Shown here in pieces: positions 1 to 10,320 of a stretch of DNA of 64,000 bases. The DNA comes from a virus (taxonomy: Duplodnaviria > Caudoviricetes). Every line of letters begins with the position of its first letter. Position 1 is the first letter of the stretch. The translations under genes and the position numbers were made by a program. The stretch is from positions 16,651 to 80,650 of IMG/VR virus record IMGVR_UViG_2706795958_000001. One strand, given 5' to 3'. The notes under the pieces are model-generated. The model was not told the origin of the DNA, did not search any database, and saw only the letters and a program-made list of their open reading frames with translations.

Positions 1-3
1 GTT

Positions 4-501
4 ATGGATAATACCTCTCTGGTTGTGGGTACGAATATTACCCTGACTTATGACGGTGTTACCGTTCCCGCTAAGTCGTTCTCTTTCGATGTTAATAACA
101 ACATCACCGATGATAACTTCTTCTTGGGGTCGTTCTTCTTGGGCGATATGACTGCGCAGAACCGTGAGGTTACCGCGTCCATGACTGTCGAGCACACTAG
201 CGCGTCAATGATGCGTCAGGCGCTTCTTGGTACCCCTGGTGCAACTGCTGTTGGTGGACTTACCACGAAGAAGCCTCTCGTTATCACCTGTGAGGCATAC
301 GAGAACATTCCGGGAACTACCGCTAATGCGAAGTACAAGCTTGAGCTTGAACTTCCCAAGGTTATCTTCTCCCCGTTTGCTTTCGAGCCTTCGGGTGCCG
401 ATCCCCTGGAAAATGATGTCGAGATGACTGCGGTCCGTCCCGATATTGCTGCTCCGGTTGCAACCGCTGTCGTCTCGAATGAATTCGAGGAAGCAGCCTA
501 A
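4..501 (+). CDS. Major tail (tube) protein, C-terminal part; gene begins upstream of the window
   Basis: Beta-rich phage tail-tube-like sequence (SFSFDVNNN, REVTASMT, ELELPKV) immediately upstream of the chaperone/tape-measure pair, the canonical siphovirus order. Confidence 0.8.
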   Translation: MDNTSLVVGTNITLTYDGVTVPAKSFSFDVNNNITDDNFFLGSFFLGDMTAQNREVTASMTVEHTSASMMRQALLGTPGATAVGGLTTKKPLVITCEAYENIPGTTANAKYKLELELPKVIFSPFAFEPSGADPLENDVEMTAVRPDIAAPVATAVVSNEFEEAA

Positions 502-545
502 TTGAATACTTCTCTTTAGTGTTATGCCGAGGTCACTAAAGAGAA

Positions 546-587
546 TGGAATCCCCCTGGTGAACCGTGATGCACCAGGGGGATTCCA
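546..587 (+). other. 16-bp perfect stem-loop between tail tube and chaperone genes
   Basis: TGGAATCCCCCTGGTG (546-561) / CACCAGGGGGATTCCA (572-587), 10-nt loop, no U-tract. Confidence 0.7.
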
Positions 588-627
588 CCAATTAAATATG
601 TCACCCATGCCTAGAAAGGGCAATCAA

Positions 628-1218
628 ATGACGAATCCTTACCCCATCGACACCGCTGATCCGACGAGCCTTAATTACAACAAGACTCCTGAGCAGATTG
701 CAGCAGAGCAGGCCGCTGCTGCAAATGGTGTTCCCACTACCACGGTCATTCGCAAGGATTACTGGGCGAATGATGTAGATGAAAAGTGGTACCTTCCCGG
801 TCAGGATGACATTCCTGAGCATGAGCGTCAGTATATCTCGTTTAAGAAGATGAATGAGGGTATGCGCTCTAAGTATCAGAAGATGACCAATAAGGGTGTC
901 GTTATTGAGCGAGCCTCCAATAACGCTCGAATGGGTGTCGACCCCGCTGGTGACCGTCGCGCTCTTATTGAGGTCTCCCTTACCGGCTGGAAGCTTTTCC
1001 GCGATGGTAATGAGCTTAATTTCAATACTGCTACTCTTAACCTGTTCCTTACTAAGGCTGATCCGTATCTGATTGATCAGCTTGAAAAGGCAATCCGCAA
1101 GGTGAATAAGTGGATGTTTGCTGAGGCAACTTCCGCTGAAATCCAGGAACAGATTGACGAACTGGAAGAGCAAAAGCAGGCTGCGCTTGATCGAGAGGAA
1201 GAGGAAAAAAATTCGTAA
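628..1218 (+). CDS. Tail assembly chaperone (gpG-like); likely start ATG 628 rather than GTG 559
   Basis: Position between tail tube and tape measure; ends in slippery sequence GAG GAA AAA AAT TCG TAA; AGAAAGG RBS before 628. Confidence 0.8.
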   Translation: MTNPYPIDTADPTSLNYNKTPEQIAAEQAAAANGVPTTTVIRKDYWANDVDEKWYLPGQDDIPEHERQYISFKKMNEGMRSKYQKMTNKGVVIERASNNARMGVDPAGDRRALIEVSLTGWKLFRDGNELNFNTATLNLFLTKADPYLIDQLEKAIRKVNKWMFAEATSAEIQEQIDELEEQKQAALDREEEEKNS

Positions 1219-1475
1219 TCCAGGTTCGTTCATACGTTCGGAATGAGCCTGTAGAAAATCCTCATCCAGCATTACGAGCTTTCATGATAACAGAGTTGCT
1301 GAAAATGCAACTCCCTGTTGATGGCGGCTGGTATAACATGGACCCCATTCTTCTCGATAAATGGCTTATTATTTTCGAGGAACGGGGAAAGGCGCAAAAA
1401 GAAGAGGAACGTAAGCGGGAGAAAAAGCAAAAGATGCAAAATCCCGCGCGACCCACCCGCAGGCGTGGCCGGTAG
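1206..1475 (+). CDS. Tail assembly chaperone frameshift extension (gpGT-like), reached by -1 frameshift
   Basis: Heptamer A AAA AAT (1206-1212); the -1 frame stays open to the stop ending at 1475 (includes ORF 1284..1475). Confidence 0.8.
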   Translation, partial: KKFVIQVRSYVRNEPVENPHPALRAFMITELLKMQLPVDGGWYNMDPILLDKWLIIFEERGKAQKEEERKREKKQKMQNPARPTRRRGR

Positions 1476-1490
1476 ACTCCGGCCACGCCT
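1461..1490 (+). terminator. GC-rich 12-bp hairpin, possible terminator or attenuator before the tape measure gene
   Basis: AGGCGTGGCCGG-TAGACT-CCGGCCACGCCT over the stop codon; weak T tract. Confidence 0.45.
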
Positions 1491-1567
1491 TGCGTGTATG
1501 CTTGTCAACAGTCGTAATTAAAGGGTGCATTGCGAAACCCATGATGTGACCTAAAGGCCACGAATAA

Positions 1568-4500
1568 ATGACTCAGGCTCAGCTTAATATCCTTATTAAT
1601 GTCCGCGCAAAGCAAGCGCGTGACGCTCTTAATAAACTTACTGGCGCATTGCGTCAGCTTGAACGCGCAACTCTTATTGCCGATACTGGCCTGTCTACGC
1701 TTGTTGCGAAAATGTCTAATCTGGCTGTTCCGGCTAGCATGGCAAGCGCTTCTCTGTCGAACCTTTCTAAGAGTTTGGCATCTATTGGTAGATCTAAGGC
1801 CGCGAAGACTCTCGACACTATTGGTGTTAACGCTGCACAGGCTGCCGCTTCTATGCTCGAAGCTGGCGTAGCAGCGGAGATTCTTGAAAAGCAACTTATT
1901 GGTCTAAATCTTGCGGCGAATAGTACCGCCGCTGCAATGCGTTCGCTTGCTGGCGCGAGTGCCGCAATGACCGGATTGGGTACCGCTGGTGCCGTTGCCG
2001 GTGCTGGTGCTGCCGCTGCTGCTGCTGGCGCAACAAAGATGGCTAAATCCAATAAGGATGCTACTGACTCCATTAACAAGACCAGGACTGCACAGTCTAA
2101 TCTTGGTAAGGAATTAGTTCACTCTCCCGCTTGGCGTCATTATGGTGAGCGGACTCGTTCTACATCGAAAGAGATTGACCTCTTTCGCAATAAGCTTGGC
2201 GCTACCGAGCGAAACGTTACCAACTACACCACCAAAGTTGGTCAAACGGTTCCTGTTGTAAACAATGCGTCTAGGTCAACTACGCATTGGGGCGATAATC
2301 TTTCTGCCACCGGCGCTAAGATGACCAAGTTCGGCTCACAAATGCAGTGGGCCGGTCGCCAAATGGCATTGTACTTTACTGCACCAATGGCCCTTGCAAT
2401 TGGCATGGGCGTTAAGTGGCAGCTTGATCTTGAAAAGCAGCAGACCAATCTTAAGAAGGTTTATGACGCCGGTCTTGGGGACAGTATTAATGATGCTAAT
2501 TCCAAGACTGCCGCTCAGTTTAGAATCCTCACCGATGAATTGCGTAAGCTTTCAGATCAGACCGGTACCTCGCAAGAGGAAATTACCGAAATGGCTGCCG
2601 CATGGGCGCAGGCAGGTAAGTCGGGTCAGGAACTCTTAGAGTTTACCAAGCTTACTAATCAGGCGATGATTGTCGGCGATATGACCGCCGAAAAATCTTC
2701 TGAGGGTATGCAGGCACTTGCTTTGCAGTGGGGATTCACCGGTAAGAAGTCTGCTGAGGGTATTTCTGAAATTCAGGGCGCATTGCAGAAATTCAACCTT
2801 GCGTCGAATATCACTCAGGTTTCGATGGAAGACCTGTTTGACGGCATGTCACGAACTGGTGCCCAGGCTCGTGATGCTGGATTGTCTTTCGATGAGACGA
2901 CTGCAATTCTTACTGCATTAACTCGCGTTACCGGTACCGCTGCTACGGCTGGTAATGGTTTGAAGTCCATTTCGACTAACCTTAGGGCATCTTCTAGGTC
3001 CATGCCAGAGGTTGTTGAGAAGGTTGGCCTTATCACCAATGGGCTTCTCGATATGGACTCTGCTGCGTATCAGTCTCTTTCTACTATGGATAAGTTTAGA
3101 CACATATCCAATATTAGTAAGAAGCTTAATACGCAGCAATTGGCAGAACTTAACTTTGCGCTGTTTGGCAAGTATCAGTCATCTCGTGGTGCTCAGATTA
3201 ATAAAGACCTGCAAGACTGGGCAGGTAATATTGTCAAGGTTCAAGATGCACTGGAAAGCGGAACAGGAAAGAATTCCCGTAGCTTTAAACAGTGGCAAGA
3301 AGAGCTTACGACTTATTTCGAGTCGAATCCGCAGAAGTTTAAGATTGCAAGTACTGCAATCAAAAACTCTCTTATGGATATCGGCGTTATTGCGCTGCCC
3401 TATATTCTTTCTATCCTGCAAACCATTGCCAAGCTAGCTAAGGCATTTACCAATCTGCCAGAGGGTGTACAGCAGGCCGCACTTGCTTTTGGTGTATTCG
3501 TTGCACTTGCCGCACCAATTGCGGTCCTTTTGGGTGCTACGAATGTGCTTCTTGGCTCTATGGCAAAAACCTTGGGATGGTTTGGGAAGACCTTCACCAA
3601 GGCGGGTCGTGCAAGTAAAAAGGGTGGCGCTGATATTGGCGCTGCTGGCGCTACCACGGCTAAGTCTGGCAATATTATTACTCGTACTGCCGCAAAGGTT
3701 CGTAGTGCAGTAATGGGTGGCATTGCTGCACCATTTAGGGCTGCTGCTGGCGCAGTGCGTACCGGTTCTGCGCAAACTGCCGCTGCCGCTGCTACAGGTT
3801 CGCGCGCAACGTCAGCAGCATGGGCCGCAGGCATGGGTGGAATTCCCGGCTCGACCGCTGCCGCAGGAAATGCTGCTGCTGCTGCTCATGCGCAAGCCGG
3901 TCGTCGTATGCTTAATTCGACCAGGGGTATGACCCAGGCCGAAATTATGGCTTATTACCGTCGTGGAATGCTTACCACGGCGGCGATTAAAGAAGCCGGT
4001 ATTACCCAGACTGCTGCCGTCAGAACTAATGGACAATTGCAGCTTGCCGCAGTACAGCGTAATGAAGCCGCAATGACCGCTGCTGTTGTGCGTGGTAATC
4101 AGGCGCGTGTTGCTGCCACTGCTGCCGGTGCGCGTAGTCAGGCTGGCGCTGCTGCTGCTGGCGGTGCCGCTGCCGCCGCTGGTGCTAAAAATGGGGCCAA
4201 GAAGGGTATGCGTGGTGGCGGTATTGCTGGCACTATTCTTACCGCACTACTGTTTATTCCGCCAGGAATGTTTAAGTCTTGGGGAACCAAGATTAAGAAT
4301 TTCTTTACCACTGAGGGTAAGGGATTCCAGAAAATTCTAGAGCGCCTTGGTATGAATTCCATGAAGGGATTCGCACGAGGACTCTCTAAAATTCTTGTCC
4401 GTGGTGGACCAATTGCTGCCGCGTTCGGCGTTGCTGCTGCACTCGTTGGCAATGCAATGGATGAGATTAAGGAGATTGTAGCTAAGATTCGTGGGGATAA

Positions 4501-7500
4501 GAATATCCCCATGCTGGCTAAGCCCTTTGTTGCTATTGTTCGTGGAATTGGTGCAGCGCTTAGTAAGCTTCCGCAGCTTGTTGCAGATGTATTCAACGCT
4601 GTTGTCCGTACAATTGCCAAGGCCGCTAAGGCTGTATACAACTTCTTTAGCTACATTAATCCGTTTGCACGTCACTCGCCTTCATTGGTTGAAAATGTGC
4701 AGAACGGTATGGCTGTCGTTACTGGTGAATTTGCTGACGCTAGTAAGAAGATTCAGACTGATATCAGGTCTGCCTATGGTGCCATTTCTCAATTCGGTAG
4801 AGCTACATCGAATCTTAAGGTTCGTGCTACTACCATCGAGACAGAGGATCGTAATAAAGAGCTTAATCGTGCAGACCCATCTGGTGGCGCTGCACGGTCT
4901 TATGCTGCATTGGATGCACAGGCAAAGCGCCTTGAATCCACGATGCTCAGCCTTAATGCTACGGCACTTCGTCAGCAGCGTGTAATTGATGGTCTGGAAA
5001 ATCAGGTCAAGCAAGCCGATGCTGCTATCGAGGGTATGCAAAAGGGTCTTACTCTTTTGCAGAAAGCTGCCGATGCCACCGGTAAGGCTCTCGATGCTGC
5101 TAAGGAAAAGCTAGACTATTATGCAAGCGCACCCATTAAGGGTATGCGCGCGATGAGCGATGCCATTTTTGAAAATGAAATGGCACAGAAGCGACTTCGT
5201 CTGGAAATCCTTAAGCTTGAAGATGCTGGCGAAAGCATTGATAGCCTGGAAGATAAGTTCGCCCGTTTGCAGGGTCAGATTGAAACCCTGTCCGGAACTC
5301 GCATGGAATTGCAGTCTAAGGGTGCAGGTTCAGATGTTCTTGCTACCTATGACAAGATGATTGCTGATCTTAAGTCTCAGCAAAATGCCGCGCTTGAAGG
5401 TCCGTCCACCGAGGTCGAAAAACTTAATAAGCAACTAGATGAATTGGGCCGAAAGGGTGAGCGCCTCGACCTGGAAAACTCTCTTAAGTTTGATCCGCTT
5501 ACTCGTCAGATTGAGCAACTAGTCAACAACGAGAAGGAACTGGATTTCAGCACTATTGTTGCCGGTGTTACCACATACAAGTCTGCTGTTTCTGGTCTGA
5601 CTATTGCTAATGATTTTGCTACCGCTGCCGTTGAGGCTCAGCAGTTGGCAATTGATGCTGCAACTGAATCTCGTGATGCACTTAATTCTCGCCTTGATGT
5701 TGAGAAGAATAAGCTTGACCAAGTAAAGAGCGCTTATGACGCCACTTCCACTGCTGTCGATGATACTCGCGCAGCAATGGATGAAATCACTCAGGCTGCC
5801 AGTACAGTAAATGCACGCCTTGATGAGATTGAGCAGGCGCAAAAAGAGGCTGCCGATGCAGCTAAGGAACATGCGGATGCAATTGATGCTGCCGGTGACG
5901 CTCTCGGTGATATGGCTGAAATTGATACCGAGCTTCCTGAGGTTGATAGCGCTGCGCTAGAAAACAGTCTGGGTAACCTCTTCCCTGATGTTTCTAAGAA
6001 GCTGGAAGAGTTTGGAACCAAGATAAAGAATTGGTTCAAGGGTCTTCCGCAGAAGATTGTTGACGAACTTAAAGAGCTTGGCCCTAAGATCGGCACATTC
6101 CTTATGGGATTGCCTGGTGAAATTGCGGGCGCTCTTGCATTCCTTCTCGGTTATATTATCGGTCTTATTGGCCGGGGTATTGTCGAGAGTACCAAGCTTA
6201 TGCTTGGTGGACTCAAGCTGTTCTTCTACGATATTCCCAAGAATATCGGCGAGTGGCTTGCGGGAATTGACTGGGAATCGGTTCGTACTAATGTAGTTAA
6301 TTTCATTAAGGGTCTATTTACCGGTGAAAGCTGGGCTAAGGCTGGAGAATGGCTGCTTGACGTCGGTGGAGATATTATCGGTGGCCTGTTCAAGGGTATT
6401 GGTAATGTTCTGCTTAATGTCACAACCTGGATCAAAGAGAATATCGTTGATAGATTTATCAACGGTATTAAAGAGGGATTTGAAATTCAGTCCCCATCCA
6501 AGGTTATGGCACGCATTGGCGTTGACATTATTCTTGGCCTTCTTAATGGTATCGTTGAAAAAGCGCAAGACCTCTGGAATTGGATCACCGGCCTGGCCGG
6601 AACGGTCCGGGAGAAGCTTGGCAATGCGCGTGATTTCTTGTGGCAAAAGGGCAAGGATATCATTCAGGGCCTTAAAGACGCCGCCGTTGAAAAGTGGAAC
6701 GAATTCCTGGACTGGGTTAAGGGTCTACCAGGTCAGATTAAGGATAAGCTTGGTAATCTTAAGAATACCCTCTTTGAGGCAGGAAAGGATCTCATTCGAG
6801 GTCTGATTGATGGTGCTGGCGATCTTCTTAAGAATATCGCACAGATGTTTGCGGATAAAATTCCCAATAAGATAATCCGCGAAGGCTTTAAGCGTGCAAT
6901 GGGTATCGCTTCTCCGTCTAAGGTTTTCACCGAATTTGGTACAAATATTGGTGAAGGTCTCGTTATTGGCATGGAGAATCAGCTTGCTGATATCACTTCT
7001 GCGAGCAACGCATTGTCTGACGCGGCGTCTGCTGGAATAGATAATGCGGCCCCCCTATCCATCCCCGCTGTACAGGCTGCACCGGCTGCCCTTCCGGCTG
7101 CTCCGGCTGCTCCTGAGGCTGGCGCGGCCCCGGCTGCCGCTGGCCCTGATCCGGCTGCGCTCGCTGCTCAGGTGACCGCCGCCACTCAGGCCGCAACGCT
7201 GGTGTGGCAGGGTTATTACGCGAATCTGACTGTAATGCAGACTGAGCATAATGCTTTGGAATTGGTTGCTCAGAATACGCATGACCTTGCAAAGATGGCC
7301 GCATTGGTTGCGTACAATACTGCGGAATTGACTACGGTCACTTCTCAGTACACTGCTCTACTGACTGCACAGCAGACGTACTACACTACATTTACTGGAC
7401 TTTCTACCACGTTCCGTACTACTGAGCTTAATGCTCAGATTGCTTGGTACGCAAGTCAGATTACAGAGTTTAACAAGTTCTCTGCTAACTACCAGAGTGC

Positions 7501-10315
7501 TCTTACAACTCTGCTCAATGCTAGCAAGGACTTGTTCGATACCTTCCGTATTGACGTTACCGACATCTTCCAGAATCTTGCAACTAGTATGCAGGATACG
7601 GTTAACGGTCCTATTACGGACGTATTCACCTCTCTTGCTGGAATGCTGGACGAGGCTGTTACCAACTTCCAGACTGCTGTTACAAATATCCAATCTGCAT
7701 GGCTTGGAATTCAGGAGGGTACTGCTGCCCCGGTTCGCTTCACAATTGATAGGGTCTACAACAATGGCCTTATGGGTGTGTGGAATAATGTTGCTGAACT
7801 TATCGGCGCGAACAAGATGCAGCAATATCCAGTTAACTTTGCAACTGGTGGTCCAGTCAAGGGTCCAGGTACGGAAACTAGCGATTCTATTCCGGCCAGA
7901 TTGTCGCGCAATGAGTACGTACTTAGTGCCGACGCGGTTAGGCGCGCCGGTGGAGTAACTAACCTTAACCGGTTTAACTTCGGAAAGTCTACGCCGCAAG
8001 GCATGTTCGGAATTGGTGGCAATTACAAGGTTCAGAGTACCAATGGTACTGTTATGAAGCTTGCAACCGGCGGTCCCACCGACCCCGGTTCTCCGACGTG
8101 GAAAGCATTCCAGCGCGGTCACCTGTTTGCTAAGCGTATTTCTCCCGGACCATACATTCTCGGCGGTTCTTCGGGTGGATCACGTAACGGCGGTACTGAC
8201 TGTTCGGGATTCCAGTCCGAGGTTGCCGATGTAATTATGGGCGGTCCTGGTGGTTCTCGTAAGTGGGCTACCGGTTCATTCCCTGGTGGCGGTGGAGCGC
8301 AGGGTAATATCGTCCGAATTGGCAATCAGATTTGGGCCAAGGGTCTCGGTGCCGGTCATTCGATCGGTATTAGCGTTCCTCACGCTGCCGGTACATTGAG
8401 CGGCATTCCCGGACTGCCGAACGTCAATATCGAGTCCGGTGGTGGGACCGGTGGCGGTGCTACTTATGGTGGACCTGCTACTGGTGCAAACGATTCGCAA
8501 TTCCCGACTCGTTATCACTTGGCAATTACAGATGGAATGTTCGTTGCTGCAACTGCCGGTGGCGGCGCTTCCATGATGGAAATTCTTGGCTCGATGGTGG
8601 AGCCTGGTCTTAAGAAGATGATTGAGGATGCCAAGGCATTCCAAGGAAAGGGCCACGCTGGAACCGTACCACTGAAAACTGCTGAGGCTTGGGATAAGGG
8701 TACTCGCAAGAAGATTGAAGACGAAGCCAAGAAGCTGGACGCAATGGGTCCGGGTCTTGGTGGTGGTGACATTTCAGGCGTTGAACGTTGGCGTCCGATG
8801 GTTATCGCTGCGCTTAAGAAGCAGGGATTCGCTGGGACTAAGCGCGAGCAGGATGCAATGCTCGGTCAGATTTGGGATGAATCTAAGGGTGATCCCAATG
8901 CAGTGAATAACTGGGATATCAACGCGCAGAACGGTACTCCGTCCCGGGGTCTCTTGCAGACGATTCCGTCCACGTTCGAGACTTGGCGAGACCCGTCGAT
9001 TCCTGGCGGCATTACTGATCCGTGGGCGAATATGAATGCCGCGCTTCGGTATTACCGTGACAACTACGGCAACGATCTTACTACTCGTTGGGGTCGTGGT
9101 AAGGGTGGATATGATAAGGGCGGATGGTTGCCGCCTACGCCTGACGGTTTCAGCACCTATTACAATCACACTGGCAAGCCGGAAGCTGTTCTGGAAAACA
9201 GTGATTGGAAGGCTATTTACACGGCTGCAAGTAAGCCCGCAATCACTCCCGAGATTATCTCTACCGGATTCATCTCGGCCATGAAGACTCTGTTCGGTGC
9301 TAATACCGATCAAAAGATTCAGGATGCCACCGCTATTGCTACTGAGGTTGCACTAGAGGGTGAGAATAAGAAGTGGAACCCGCTGATTATTGGTGCAGCA
9401 GAAGAGACGGCAAAAGCCGCTGCTACAACGACTTCGGCGGTTACCGCTTCTGGCTCCAAGGTTGCCGGTGCGGTTGATGCTAATTCGCTCATCTCTGCCG
9501 ACCAGACGAAGATTCTTACGTCAATGCTCGGAGTGTTGCGCGCGGCTCAAAGTGCCGTTCCGACAGTGAAGTACACGCCCGGTAGTACCGATAAGGAAAC
9601 CGGTAAGGTTACTCCTGAGAATTTCGAGATTTCCAATTTCACGTTCAGCATGTTTGCTCCGCTGATCGAAGCTATGGGTGGTCTGATCGAAAATCTCCCC
9701 GATGCTGAGCCTACCTACGTTGACTGGGCTGGAACTAATCGACCGGTTACCGATCAGATGCGTCAGGAAAAGCGCCTGAATGACATGGCTAATGCCAGCA
9801 AGGGCATGTACATGGCGTTCAAAACCGTTGCGCCGTCTGTACTTAAGCATACTGCCAAGATCGGTTCTGCAATTGAAACACTGATCGCTCAGGATGGTGC
9901 AGCATGGACCGCTGCAATTGCTGGTATTGCTGCCGGTAACCCGATGGCTATTGCCGCTGCTGTTGCATTGGCATTCAAGGCTGTATTCACCTTGCTGCCT
10001 TTGATTCTGGAAGCCATTGTGGAAATCGTTCCGGCAATCTTCAAGGCTATCAAGATGTTCATCACCAGGTTCTCCCCGGACTCGGTGTACAGCTACGACT
10101 CATATGATGCCGCTAACCAAGCTGTGAATGATAACATCGACGCTATCCGAAAGGGTGCCTCTGGCCCGAACTTCAAGGTGCCAGAAGAGACAATCCAGAA
10201 CAACACGAATCAGACGACCGTACTCAATATTTATGGCGATATCTCACTCCCGAACGTTACCAATACTTCGGGTGCTCAGAATCTCGCTAATAATCTTGAA
10301 TCGCTTGCAGGGTAG
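1568..10315 (+). CDS. Tape measure protein with C-terminal NlpC/P60-like peptidase and lytic transglycosylase (SLT-like) domains
   Basis: 2915 aa, Ala/Gly-rich helical; TP901-like core; repeated SPS(K/L)V motifs; FATGG..GPGT.TSDSIPA.LS.NEYV motif; YILGG...DCSG...H; ES.GDPNAVNNWD.N..G.PS.GLLQ.I..TF. Confidence 0.97.
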   Translation: MTQAQLNILINVRAKQARDALNKLTGALRQLERATLIADTGLSTLVAKMSNLAVPASMASASLSNLSKSLASIGRSKAAKTLDTIGVNAAQAAASMLEAGVAAEILEKQLIGLNLAANSTAAAMRSLAGASAAMTGLGTAGAVAGAGAAAAAAGATKMAKSNKDATDSINKTRTAQSNLGKELVHSPAWRHYGERTRSTSKEIDLFRNKLGATERNVTNYTTKVGQTVPVVNNASRSTTHWGDNLSATGAKMTKFGSQMQWAGRQMALYFTAPMALAIGMGVKWQLDLEKQQTNLKKVYDAGLGDSINDANSKTAAQFRILTDELRKLSDQTGTSQEEITEMAAAWAQAGKSGQELLEFTKLTNQAMIVGDMTAEKSSEGMQALALQWGFTGKKSAEGISEIQGALQKFNLASNITQVSMEDLFDGMSRTGAQARDAGLSFDETTAILTALTRVTGTAATAGNGLKSISTNLRASSRSMPEVVEKVGLITNGLLDMDSAAYQSLSTMDKFRHISNISKKLNTQQLAELNFALFGKYQSSRGAQINKDLQDWAGNIVKVQDALESGTGKNSRSFKQWQEELTTYFESNPQKFKIASTAIKNSLMDIGVIALPYILSILQTIAKLAKAFTNLPEGVQQAALAFGVFVALAAPIAVLLGATNVLLGSMAKTLGWFGKTFTKAGRASKKGGADIGAAGATTAKSGNIITRTAAKVRSAVMGGIAAPFRAAAGAVRTGSAQTAAAAATGSRATSAAWAAGMGGIPGSTAAAGNAAAAAHAQAGRRMLNSTRGMTQAEIMAYYRRGMLTTAAIKEAGITQTAAVRTNGQLQLAAVQRNEAAMTAAVVRGNQARVAATAAGARSQAGAAAAGGAAAAAGAKNGAKKGMRGGGIAGTILTALLFIPPGMFKSWGTKIKNFFTTEGKGFQKILERLGMNSMKGFARGLSKILVRGGPIAAAFGVAAALVGNAMDEIKEIVAKIRGDKNIPMLAKPFVAIVRGIGAALSKLPQLVADVFNAVVRTIAKAAKAVYNFFSYINPFARHSPSLVENVQNGMAVVTGEFADASKKIQTDIRSAYGAISQFGRATSNLKVRATTIETEDRNKELNRADPSGGAARSYAALDAQAKRLESTMLSLNATALRQQRVIDGLENQVKQADAAIEGMQKGLTLLQKAADATGKALDAAKEKLDYYASAPIKGMRAMSDAIFENEMAQKRLRLEILKLEDAGESIDSLEDKFARLQGQIETLSGTRMELQSKGAGSDVLATYDKMIADLKSQQNAALEGPSTEVEKLNKQLDELGRKGERLDLENSLKFDPLTRQIEQLVNNEKELDFSTIVAGVTTYKSAVSGLTIANDFATAAVEAQQLAIDAATESRDALNSRLDVEKNKLDQVKSAYDATSTAVDDTRAAMDEITQAASTVNARLDEIEQAQKEAADAAKEHADAIDAAGDALGDMAEIDTELPEVDSAALENSLGNLFPDVSKKLEEFGTKIKNWFKGLPQKIVDELKELGPKIGTFLMGLPGEIAGALAFLLGYIIGLIGRGIVESTKLMLGGLKLFFYDIPKNIGEWLAGIDWESVRTNVVNFIKGLFTGESWAKAGEWLLDVGGDIIGGLFKGIGNVLLNVTTWIKENIVDRFINGIKEGFEIQSPSKVMARIGVDIILGLLNGIVEKAQDLWNWITGLAGTVREKLGNARDFLWQKGKDIIQGLKDAAVEKWNEFLDWVKGLPGQIKDKLGNLKNTLFEAGKDLIRGLIDGAGDLLKNIAQMFADKIPNKIIREGFKRAMGIASPSKVFTEFGTNIGEGLVIGMENQLADITSASNALSDAASAGIDNAAPLSIPAVQAAPAALPAAPAAPEAGAAPAAAGPDPAALAAQVTAATQAATLVWQGYYANLTVMQTEHNALELVAQNTHDLAKMAALVAYNTAELTTVTSQYTALLTAQQTYYTTFTGLSTTFRTTELNAQIAWYASQITEFNKFSANYQSALTTLLNASKDLFDTFRIDVTDIFQNLATSMQDTVNGPITDVFTSLAGMLDEAVTNFQTAVTNIQSAWLGIQEGTAAPVRFTIDRVYNNGLMGVWNNVAELIGANKMQQYPVNFATGGPVKGPGTETSDSIPARLSRNEYVLSADAVRRAGGVTNLNRFNFGKSTPQGMFGIGGNYKVQSTNGTVMKLATGGPTDPGSPTWKAFQRGHLFAKRISPGPYILGGSSGGSRNGGTDCSGFQSEVADVIMGGPGGSRKWATGSFPGGGGAQGNIVRIGNQIWAKGLGAGHSIGISVPHAAGTLSGIPGLPNVNIESGGGTGGGATYGGPATGANDSQFPTRYHLAITDGMFVAATAGGGASMMEILGSMVEPGLKKMIEDAKAFQGKGHAGTVPLKTAEAWDKGTRKKIEDEAKKLDAMGPGLGGGDISGVERWRPMVIAALKKQGFAGTKREQDAMLGQIWDESKGDPNAVNNWDINAQNGTPSRGLLQTIPSTFETWRDPSIPGGITDPWANMNAALRYYRDNYGNDLTTRWGRGKGGYDKGGWLPPTPDGFSTYYNHTGKPEAVLENSDWKAIYTAASKPAITPEIISTGFISAMKTLFGANTDQKIQDATAIATEVALEGENKKWNPLIIGAAEETAKAAATTTSAVTASGSKVAGAVDANSLISADQTKILTSMLGVLRAAQSAVPTVKYTPGSTDKETGKVTPENFEISNFTFSMFAPLIEAMGGLIENLPDAEPTYVDWAGTNRPVTDQMRQEKRLNDMANASKGMYMAFKTVAPSVLKHTAKIGSAIETLIAQDGAAWTAAIAGIAAGNPMAIAAAVALAFKAVFTLLPLILEAIVEIVPAIFKAIKMFITRFSPDSVYSYDSYDAANQAVNDNIDAIRKGASGPNFKVPEETIQNNTNQTTVLNIYGDISLPNVTNTSGAQNLANNLESLAG

Positions 10316-10320
10316 GGATA

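Noticed and set aside
1599-10128. Numerous alternative-frame and antisense ORFs within the tape measure gene
   Set aside because: Shadows of Ala/Gly-rich biased codon usage; no RBS or protein-like composition
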